Source: a virus. Taken from it: DNA of 64,000 nt. The notes beneath the pieces were generated by a model. The model was not told the origin of the DNA. It saw only the letters and a program-made list of their open reading frames with translations, and did not search any database. The translations under genes were made by a program, and so were the position numbers. Each line of letters starts with the position of its first letter. The first letter of the stretch is position 1. The DNA is taken from positions 1 to 64,000 of the IMG/VR virus record IMGVR_UViG_3300045988_158973. One strand, given 5' to 3'. Of this stretch, positions 36,405 to 43,379 are shown piece by piece.

Positions 36405-37351
36405 GGCCGTTTGTAAATCTTCTCAGCGCACGGGCCGTCCTTCGATACGTCTTCAGCCATACGGCGAATTTCAGGCGTAATAGGCGGCAGCGTTTTCTTG
36501 CCCATTTTGTCAGGCAGGAATCCGACGCGGACGCTGACGTGTGTACACCCTTGACACGGCCGGAAACGGCGGTCATTGTTGTACAGCATAACGCGAGCGG
36601 CGTGAAAACGCGGATGGTTCCAAAGGTCCTCGATAGGCATATCGTGGATATTGGCGATAGGGTATTCGCCGCGGAAGTCGTCACAGCACAGACACACCTG
36701 GCCATTCCAACGCACATCCAGTTCACGGAACGGGAAGGTACAGCGCTTGTTGTTGAACGAATCGTCGAGCGGGAACGCTGCACCGCAGTGATTGGCCAGG
36801 CGACGCGTCATCTTGTTGGTATCGTCTTCGGCGATAGGCGGCAGCAGGCAGATACGACGCCCCTGCTTGGGATAGTAGTACGGAACGCCCGGTTCCAGCG
36901 TGACGACGTTGTACTTTTCAACGTCGATCTTCTTGACGAAGTTCCAGTCGCCGTTGGCTGTGTAGCAGTCAACCAGTATGTCGTTCATGCCGGCCTCGAA
37001 CAGGCGGTCGAGGTACTCGGACGTGTCAGCGGCGTGGTTCATGGCGTAGCCGTTGCTGTACATATGAAATACGGCCTTCGGTAAGTGCTTGCGGAACGTA
37101 GCCACGATGTCGATGAACGCGGGGTTAAGCGTCGGCTCGCCGTGCATAGCGAACACGAACTTACAGTTCCACCCCACGCGTGCCACCTCCGAAGCAATAC
37201 GCTCGGCGGTTTCAACGGTCATGAAATTCCACGGTTTAGTCCCTTTTTCGCGCATACCGTGAAGACCACAGAACGAACACCCCAGATTGCACCCCTCGGT
37301 CGGCTCGATCTGCATGGTAAACGGGGGGTCTTGTACGATTTTGTTTTTCAT
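36392..37351 (-). CDS. radical SAM enzyme with C-terminal Cys-rich (SPASM/twitch-like) extension (319 aa)
   Basis: Canonical CxxxCxxC in EPTEGCNLGCSFCGLHG. Later Cys clusters are CTFPF...VCLCCDDF...RPCQGCTH. The start codon shares 1 nt with the MuF stop codon. Confidence 0.8.
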   Translation of the reverse strand: MKNKIVQDPPFTMQIEPTEGCNLGCSFCGLHGMREKGTKPWNFMTVETAERIASEVARVGWNCKFVFAMHGEPTLNPAFIDIVATFRKHLPKAVFHMYSNGYAMNHAADTSEYLDRLFEAGMNDILVDCYTANGDWNFVKKIDVEKYNVVTLEPGVPYYYPKQGRRICLLPPIAEDDTNKMTRRLANHCGAAFPLDDSFNNKRCTFPFRELDVRWNGQVCLCCDDFRGEYPIANIHDMPIEDLWNHPRFHAARVMLYNNDRRFRPCQGCTHVSVRVGFLPDKMGKKTLPPITPEIRRMAEDVSKDGPCAEKIYKRPWEK

Positions 37352-38283
37352 TATTTGGTAACTTTAATGTTAAGTTTCACGTTCTTTAACTTTGGGTTCT
37401 TGAATTGACGCTTAACTGGCTTGGTGAAGGCGCGTGTTGCGGGGTCCCATTCGAAGCCGTCAGGAACGAAGTTGATCGTACACCGACAGTAGGGGTGCGT
37501 TGGGTCAATCGTCGGGAGCCATTCAGCTACTTTGCGTCCAATATTGTTACCGTTGGCAATAAGGTCTGCCAAGCGGAACAGTTTCGGCTTTGAGTTGAGG
37601 TCTTCAGGGTCTTCCAAGTACAATTCACGACATTTGGCACACGCGCCGGGGTAAACGTCGAAATACACCTTGGCGTCAGGGCCGTGTTGCTTGAAAATAC
37701 TTTCAGCGCGGCCTACATTGTAGGCTTCATGGAGAAGGTAATACGCAATACGCAGCCAATCACGCCCCCAGTCTTGGGTAAGGTTCCCCAGTTCGCTGGC
37801 TATATACCGCGCTCCCTTACGGAGTTGAACGGCTTGAATGGCCTTGTCTTTGATTTGCTGGCGTATTGCCGATTGCTGACGAAAGTTCGACTTGAGTACA
37901 GCGTTGCGCGTTCCGGTGACGATCCGGTTGCCGAGCGACGTGATGTCGGTATAGGCGCGGTTCTTGAGGTAGTTCAGCGCGTTTTCTTCCTGTTCAGTGA
38001 GTGGAACGAAGTTTCCCGATTTCAAGAACTGGAGAAACTGCTTGTAGTTCATCTTCTTGGCGCGTGTGTCACCGATTGCTTCAGCTAAGATTCCAAACAA
38101 AAAGGCGTGTTCGATGATACCCTTTGAGTTCTTGTACTTATCGACGTTGACGCCCGACGCTACCAAGATATCAATTTCAGACTGCGTAAGGTAGTCCAAT
38201 CCGACGTGTTTGGCAATAAAGAGATACTGCCAACGTCGGAGAATACCGACCATGTCGTCTATTTGGCGGTTGTTGAAAATCAT
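37351..38283 (-). CDS. MuF / SPP1 gp7-like minor head protein (310 aa)
   Basis: C-terminal signature PGACAKCRELY...LPTIDPTHPYCRCTINFVP is typical of the Phage_Mu_F family. Confidence 0.72.
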   Translation of the reverse strand: MIFNNRQIDDMVGILRRWQYLFIAKHVGLDYLTQSEIDILVASGVNVDKYKNSKGIIEHAFLFGILAEAIGDTRAKKMNYKQFLQFLKSGNFVPLTEQEENALNYLKNRAYTDITSLGNRIVTGTRNAVLKSNFRQQSAIRQQIKDKAIQAVQLRKGARYIASELGNLTQDWGRDWLRIAYYLLHEAYNVGRAESIFKQHGPDAKVYFDVYPGACAKCRELYLEDPEDLNSKPKLFRLADLIANGNNIGRKVAEWLPTIDPTHPYCRCTINFVPDGFEWDPATRAFTKPVKRQFKNPKLKNVKLNIKVTK

Positions 38284-38295
38284 TGTCGTTAATTT

Positions 38296-38952
38296 TTAAT
38301 CATCATCCCCATCGTGCTCAGTACCCCACGTTCCGTTATTCCTCAACGTGCGGGGAGATGGTAAATCAGCGACACTCACCTTCGCGCCGTAACTGCCACT
38401 TTGGGAGTTTTCTTTACTACGCACGCGATTCGCTCTTTTAGCTTCTTCCGCGGGTGAAGGGGTCGACACCTTCCTCAGTAGGCGAATATCTCCAACCTTG
38501 ACTGGATCGACGAACTTCCCACCTCCTACCTTAGACCTTGAACCGTCAATCTTGACCTCAAACTCATCGCCTTTCAAGTGCTTTATAATAGCACCAACAG
38601 AATAGGAATGGCAACCATACCTATTCTTCACATGAACGATTATCTTATCGCCATGCCCCAAGTCTGAAACGCTAACCCGGTGTCCCGAATTGAAGTCATC
38701 AACCGTATATCCCCACGTTGGTTTCGACGGCAAAACTATCCGTTCGAAATTGGGTTTTTCATAGGGCATTCCAACACGCCCCTTCTTTCGATTTTCAGGC
38801 GTGTTGGCGTAACGACCGCTCTTAGAACGCGCCTTCTCAAGCGCATCATCGGTCAAAGTGTTTCCTTGAAAACAGCCAATGGCCTTTCGTAAGTGATCGT
38901 TGCGGTATTTACTGGCCTCGTGAAAGGTCCTTGTGATTTCGTCTACTTCCAT
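38296..38952 (-). CDS. hypothetical protein with EKAR-NR-RVG motif and small beta-barrel-like module (218 aa)
   Basis: LEKARSKSGRYANTPENRKKGRVGMPYE is shared with the N-terminus of 39624..41687. IIVHVKNRYGCHSYSVGAIIKHLKGDEFEVKI resembles modules in the next two genes. Confidence 0.45.
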   Translation of the reverse strand: MEVDEITRTFHEASKYRNDHLRKAIGCFQGNTLTDDALEKARSKSGRYANTPENRKKGRVGMPYEKPNFERIVLPSKPTWGYTVDDFNSGHRVSVSDLGHGDKIIVHVKNRYGCHSYSVGAIIKHLKGDEFEVKIDGSRSKVGGGKFVDPVKVGDIRLLRKVSTPSPAEEAKRANRVRSKENSQSGSYGAKVSVADLPSPRTLRNNGTWGTEHDGDDD

Positions 38953-39161
38953 AATCGTACCTTTGATTCATGGCCGCGCTTAAAGATAACCACGCAGTCG
39001 TTGAGGTTGATTTCAGCAGCGGTGTCGGTGAGTTTAACGACTTTTCCTACTCTGTAACTGAATCCGGCTTCAGTGCGTACCTTGACGATAACGGTACTGC
39101 CCTTGAGGAGTTCGGCGAAGTCTTTAATTTTGACAGCGTCTTCATCAAACATTTTCTTCAA
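38943..39161 (-). CDS. small beta-barrel-like protein (72 aa)
   Basis: VIVKVRTEAGFSYRVGKVVKLTDTAAEINL module. Intact co-oriented ORF. Confidence 0.4.
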   Translation of the reverse strand: MKKMFDEDAVKIKDFAELLKGSTVIVKVRTEAGFSYRVGKVVKLTDTAAEINLNDCVVIFKRGHESKVRLWK

Positions 39162-39179
39162 AAACCAATCGGCGTCAGG

Positions 39180-39452
39180 CTAAAGGCGGATTTCTTCGTC
39201 GGGTTGTAACGACACCGTGATCGATACACCAGAGGGGTACACCTGCACTTCACACTTACCGTCGGCAATACGCGATAATGTACCGACGTTGTACTTCGGC
39301 CGACCTCTTTCGTCCCTAACGCGGGTAACAACCCGCACCGGATATGGCGGTTCTTTCTCCAATGCGCTGTTACCAGCGATTATCGTACCGACGTTCCAAA
39401 TCTTTTCAATCTTCGTTGACGGTATGGCCCAAATTGCCTTTCTTTGTTTCAT
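39180..39452 (-). CDS. small beta-barrel-like protein (90 aa)
   Basis: VRVVTRVRDERGRPKYNVGTLSRIADGKCEVQV module. Intact co-oriented ORF. Confidence 0.4.
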   Translation of the reverse strand: MKQRKAIWAIPSTKIEKIWNVGTIIAGNSALEKEPPYPVRVVTRVRDERGRPKYNVGTLSRIADGKCEVQVYPSGVSITVSLQPDEEIRL

Positions 39453-39624
39453 CCTCGTTTAGTTCTTTAACCGCCGCAGCCGTAGCGTCGGCGATGTATT
39501 TCAAGACATCACCGAGCGCCGCGGCGTTATTGGCGTTCCATTCCTTAATGAATCGGTTCTCGTATTGAGTAACGGTGGGGAATGGCGACGGAAGGAAGTG
39601 TGTATGTTTGGCGTTGTAGGGCAT
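39406..39624 (-). CDS. hypothetical protein (72 aa)
   Basis: Intact co-oriented ORF whose start shares nt 39624 with the stop of the upstream gene. Overlaps the next ORF by 47 nt, so one of the two starts is uncertain. Confidence 0.3.
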   Translation of the reverse strand: MPYNAKHTHFLPSPFPTVTQYENRFIKEWNANNAAALGDVLKYIADATAAAVKELNEDETKKGNLGHTVNED

Positions 39625-41687
39625 TACTCTTCGGTGTTACCGCCGTAGATTTCGAGGAACTTGTCGACGAATTCCTTGTTGGTGCGTTTCATTACCTCGA
39701 TTTGCGCGTCAACCTTCTTGCGGTATTCTTCCGGATCATACTCCCCGCGAAGCGAATCGCGTGCAGCCTGACGCTCGTCAGCGATTTTCTTCAACTCAGG
39801 ATGGTTGAGGAGTTCTTGGCCAACGCCCTTGTCGCGCGACTGCGGATCGGTAAGCGAATTGAGGCTCAAAGCAGCACGCTGGGCCTCCTTGTCGCCGGAT
39901 GCGATCCTTGCTTTCAGAGCGCGGGCAATGCCTTCAGGATTCTTGGCGATCATCTTGGCGTACTCAGCCGGATCAGCCCCTCTGCCGGTTTTCTTGATGA
40001 ATTTATCGGCTGCAGCGTTATCCTTCTCAGGCGAAGACTTTGTAGCTTTGTCGGCCTTGGTGCCCTTTTCAGCACTCTTCACTTCAGCCTTGGCGGCAGC
40101 ATCAGCCTTCTTACCTTGCTTGGTAGCGCTTTCCTCCTCACCGCCGATCAGCGCGTCGAGTTCCTTCTGGCCGTCCTTCGATACCTTCACGCCAGCCATC
40201 TCGAACATATTGGCGATGGTGTCGGCAATTTCGTCGTCCGTAGCGTCGGACTGAGCACCACCAGTGTCAACCGGATTTGCTTTCATGGCTGCAGCCAGCT
40301 CCTTGATGGCCTTGGCGTCGCCTTTCTGCTTTACGAAGGACTTGAAGCCTTCAGTGTCGAAGTCGGTGTCGTTTTCAGCCATGTCGTCGAAACTTTGAAC
40401 GAGGCCCTCGGCGCTGCTGACCTTACCGTCGTCGTTGGCGTCAGCGCGCATCTTGTCGAGCGTGGCTTGGCCTTTCTTCGAAAGTTCGATACCGGCTTCT
40501 TCGAAGATGTTGGCGATCTCGTCAGCGATTTCATCGTCGTTCAAATCGCTCTGAGCCGATTCAGCCTCGTCGGATGCCTTGATGGCGGCGACGAGTTCCT
40601 TGATGGCCTTGGCCTCGCCCTTGTTGTCGATGAGGCTTTCGAGCGCTGCGCCGAAGTCATCGTCTTCACCCGACTCCGAAGTGTAGGCGTCCCACTTGGC
40701 CAGAACGCTTTCACCCGACCCGCGAAGGTTGTCGAGTTCCTTCTTGGCCTCACGCGGTACGCGCGTTCCGGCCTCTTCGAACATATTCTCGATCATGTCG
40801 GCGATCTCGTCGTCAGCCAGATCACTTTGCCCGGCCTCGCTGGGCATCTTACGGATGGCGTCGGCGATTTCCTTCACGGCCTTACCGCCTTTTTCCTTCA
40901 CGAACGATTTGAACGACTTGGCGTCGAAGTCTGCATCGCCCTCAGCCATAGCGTTGAAACTGTCAACGAGCGATGCGGCGTCAGCCTTTCCGCCCTTACC
41001 CTTGGCGTCGGGATCGCCAAACTTAGACGCGGCTCCCTCAACGTCGCCGATCTCCTTCACCGTCACCGACTCGAAATTGTCCACGTCGGCGTAGGGGTAT
41101 TTGTCCACGCGGTAGCCCTCGCTGGTCTTGGTGACTACAAGGTCGAAGCCGTCTTCGTCACCGCCGATCTGCTTGATGAAGGCGTGCGAAGCGTCCTCAA
41201 CTCCGGCGTACTGCTGGAGGTCCTGATCGTCCATCTGACGGAAGCCCATGCCCTCGAACGTCGATGCCGATTTGGCGTCACCGTCAGCCAGCCCGTTACG
41301 CAGCGACGTGTCGCCGTTCTTGTTCTTGGCGCGAACGCTTACACCGCGGCGTTCCAATTCAGCGGTAGCCACCTTGCGCATTTCGGGGTCAGCCTGCGGA
41401 TCGTTGGCAACCTTCGTCAGCGCCTCCTCCGAAGCCTGACGAGCGTGGTTCTGGAGGCTGACATTTCCCTCAGGCATACCACCCTCCTGGCCTTCGCCTT
41501 CAGGGTCTTCCTTGGCGGCTTGGCCGTACTCCTGTCCCACGCGCTGCAGACGACGGTTTTGAGCGTTGTCGGTGTAGACACCGTGACGCGCTTTTTCGAT
41601 CGGCTCTTCCGCGGCCTCCTCGGGGTTGGTGAACCCTTTAAGAATTTGCTGGCGACGCGCTTCGCCGTAGTTGATAACTTCTTTCAT
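39624..41687 (-). CDS. acidic repeat-containing protein, possible internal head / scaffold-like protein (687 aa)
   Basis: Three tandem ~90-aa repeats, very D/E/K/A-rich, and an N-terminal EKAR...NRRLQRVGQEYG motif. The mirror plus-strand ORF is rejected. Confidence 0.6.
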   Translation of the reverse strand: MKEVINYGEARRQQILKGFTNPEEAAEEPIEKARHGVYTDNAQNRRLQRVGQEYGQAAKEDPEGEGQEGGMPEGNVSLQNHARQASEEALTKVANDPQADPEMRKVATAELERRGVSVRAKNKNGDTSLRNGLADGDAKSASTFEGMGFRQMDDQDLQQYAGVEDASHAFIKQIGGDEDGFDLVVTKTSEGYRVDKYPYADVDNFESVTVKEIGDVEGAASKFGDPDAKGKGGKADAASLVDSFNAMAEGDADFDAKSFKSFVKEKGGKAVKEIADAIRKMPSEAGQSDLADDEIADMIENMFEEAGTRVPREAKKELDNLRGSGESVLAKWDAYTSESGEDDDFGAALESLIDNKGEAKAIKELVAAIKASDEAESAQSDLNDDEIADEIANIFEEAGIELSKKGQATLDKMRADANDDGKVSSAEGLVQSFDDMAENDTDFDTEGFKSFVKQKGDAKAIKELAAAMKANPVDTGGAQSDATDDEIADTIANMFEMAGVKVSKDGQKELDALIGGEEESATKQGKKADAAAKAEVKSAEKGTKADKATKSSPEKDNAAADKFIKKTGRGADPAEYAKMIAKNPEGIARALKARIASGDKEAQRAALSLNSLTDPQSRDKGVGQELLNHPELKKIADERQAARDSLRGEYDPEEYRKKVDAQIEVMKRTNKEFVDKFLEIYGGNTEE
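40140..40973 (-). repeat. three tandem ~270-nt coding repeats (aa ~239-516 of the 687-aa protein)
   Basis: Repeat core: DFD..FKSFVK.KG.AKAIKE.A.A.K......QSD..DDEIAD.I.NMFEEAG......G.KELD. Copies start near aa 239, 331 and 427. Confidence 0.8.
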
Positions 41688-41720
41688 GGTGTTATAGGTT
41701 TATAAGTTTCATTTCCACTA

Positions 41721-41728
41721 CAAAAGTA
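41721..41728 (-). promoter_or_regulatory. possible Bacteroidota-type -7 promoter box (TACTTTTG)
   Basis: Matches TAnnTTTG on the minus strand, 34 nt upstream of the ATG at 41687. A TTTG lies 12 nt upstream of the box, which is non-canonical spacing. Confidence 0.3.
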
Positions 41729-41759
41729 CTGAATTTTCTCCAAACTACCAAGAGAACCG

Positions 41760-42317
41760 TCAAAATTTTATGCCAAAATCCAACGTATATCCCCACTGGT
41801 CTTCAACCCTTATAGCTGAAGCGCCAACCATGAAGCGTTGACGAAAGTCGGCTCCGGCGGAGAACTTTTGCGTACCAAAGTCCACGGACGTTCCTATCTG
41901 GGCGTAGCCTTGGATGAAGGGTATTCGCTTGTCGATGATGGTGTGTTCTATCTCGTGGATGCGGATCAGCGGCTTGACGTGCGACACGGCCTCCGTAATG
42001 GCGTTACGCTGGACAGTGGCGTTGACGCGGAATTCACCGATACTGTCGTTAGAGAAGTCGAGGTGATACTCCTTGCGCGCCAGATAGTCGGCCAGTAGCG
42101 CGGCGGTGTCGATTTCACCCGGTAGGTAGATGGTGGTGTCGCGGATGATGATTTTCGGGACCGGAACCTTTACCGTATCGCGGTATTCGACCGTGTCGTG
42201 CTTTGTACGCCACCTTTCAACGACTTTAGGGGGTTCAGGGGTATAAGTACTTCGCCCGAATAAGAACGCGAGAATTAGGGCCACCAAAACGAGGATTATT
42301 TGCACTACTGTTTTCAT
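41760..42317 (-). CDS. membrane-anchored protein, N-terminal TM/signal anchor (185 aa)
   Basis: MKTVVQIILVLVALILAFLFG, then a soluble domain. 4-nt overlap with the upstream TM/coiled-coil gene. Possible lysis-cassette member. Confidence 0.45.
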   Translation of the reverse strand: MKTVVQIILVLVALILAFLFGRSTYTPEPPKVVERWRTKHDTVEYRDTVKVPVPKIIIRDTTIYLPGEIDTAALLADYLARKEYHLDFSNDSIGEFRVNATVQRNAITEAVSHVKPLIRIHEIEHTIIDKRIPFIQGYAQIGTSVDFGTQKFSAGADFRQRFMVGASAIRVEDQWGYTLDFGIKF

Positions 42318-42814
42318 GGCCGTTTTCCGCTTTTGATCATCTCCTCGTAGGCCGTTATGGAGGCTTCGAGTTCGTTGATGCGTCGCTTGTAGTCTTCCGC
42401 CGCCTTGTTGGCTTCACGCTCCTGAGTACGGAACTCTTCCATCAGGCGGTTGTACTTATCACGGTCGGCCTGACGCTGGGCCTCATACTCGTCGCGTATT
42501 TTGATGAGTTCGTTACGAAAGTTCGTCATCATTTCGTTGGATAACTTACGTTCGTTCTGAACCTCTTGGTAGAGGTTGTTGTAGCGTTCCTTCCACCACG
42601 ACTCCTTTTTGTCCAACTCGGCCATCAGCGTATCATAACGGCCTTTCCAGAACTCTTCGCCTTTGAGGTCAGCGTCGGCTTGGCTACAACGTACTTCCTG
42701 ATCGTATTTCTTACGATCCAGCATACGCGCCACAATGGCGTAGCCAATACTGCCCACCCCGAACAGAAGCGAAATTACAGGGAAGATGGTGGTCGTGAAA
42801 AGTCCGTCAGCCAT
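42314..42814 (-). CDS. TM plus coiled-coil protein (166 aa), spanin- or holin-like
   Basis: N-terminal TM helix TTIFPVISLLFGVGSIGYAIVA followed by a long charged helical region (EELMRNYKDRDAQRQ-type heptads). Confidence 0.4.
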   Translation of the reverse strand: MADGLFTTTIFPVISLLFGVGSIGYAIVARMLDRKKYDQEVRCSQADADLKGEEFWKGRYDTLMAELDKKESWWKERYNNLYQEVQNERKLSNEMMTNFRNELIKIRDEYEAQRQADRDKYNRLMEEFRTQEREANKAAEDYKRRINELEASITAYEEMIKSGKRP

Positions 42815-43376
42815 TGTGTTTCATTCTTTCGTTAATACGTATGCGAGCGGCCTTGGCGGCACGAGCATATGCGTTATAATCGTAATTAGAGCGAAGACAC
42901 CTCACAATTTCGTCAGCGAATACCCGTATAATCCCGTCGCGTGCGCTGAGGTAGGCGTCCATGTCCCCCTCGTTGGTAAGCGTAGCGGGATAGATTATGA
43001 GTTTCACCTCCGCGCTAACGCGATTGAAGAAACGATACCACTGACGGTCATACGAATCAACGAACAGAAACGACCGCCAACGAATTTGAGGCGTCAAAAT
43101 ATCGTAGTGGTTCGAAAGGTTGTAGGCAAAGTCCCGCGTTAAAGCCGGGCAAACCCGGTTCAACGTCAAACTGCACCCGTCCTTCTGGTCGGCGAAGAAG
43201 TCCACCGCCATGGCTATACCGTAGGTGCGATGTGGCCGGAAATAATTCCAAACATCGTAAGCGTTGCCGACGACCACTTCGATACGCCGCCGACGCAACT
43301 CAGCAGCCAGCGCTTGGATGAAGCGTCGAGCCTCGGCGTTGAAACGCTTGGATGTTAAATAGACCACCTTGCACAT
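42807..43376 (-). CDS. hypothetical protein (189 aa), weak Amidase_3-like resemblance
   Basis: VKLIIYPATLTNEGDMDAYL vaguely resembles the C-terminal strand/loop of MurNAc-LAA amidases, but I cannot find the N-terminal zinc ligands. Confidence 0.25.
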   Translation of the reverse strand: MCKVVYLTSKRFNAEARRFIQALAAELRRRRIEVVVGNAYDVWNYFRPHRTYGIAMAVDFFADQKDGCSLTLNRVCPALTRDFAYNLSNHYDILTPQIRWRSFLFVDSYDRQWYRFFNRVSAEVKLIIYPATLTNEGDMDAYLSARDGIIRVFADEIVRCLRSNYDYNAYARAAKAARIRINERMKHNG

Positions 43377-43379
43377 AAC

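Noticed and set aside
39582-41705. 707-aa plus-strand ORF, the longest plus-strand ORF in the track
   Set aside because: It is the exact mirror of the minus-strand 687-aa gene. Its translation is a low-complexity L/V/G/F/R-rich string typical of the antisense of a D/E/K/A-rich gene. It has no tandem-repeat logic and runs against the uniform minus-strand operon structure.
42807-43376. A confident endolysin (Amidase_3) call for the 189-aa ORF
   Set aside because: Only a C-terminal strand/loop looks similar. The N-terminal His/Glu zinc ligands of MurNAc-LAA amidases are not identifiable by eye. I retained it only as a low-confidence hypothetical.
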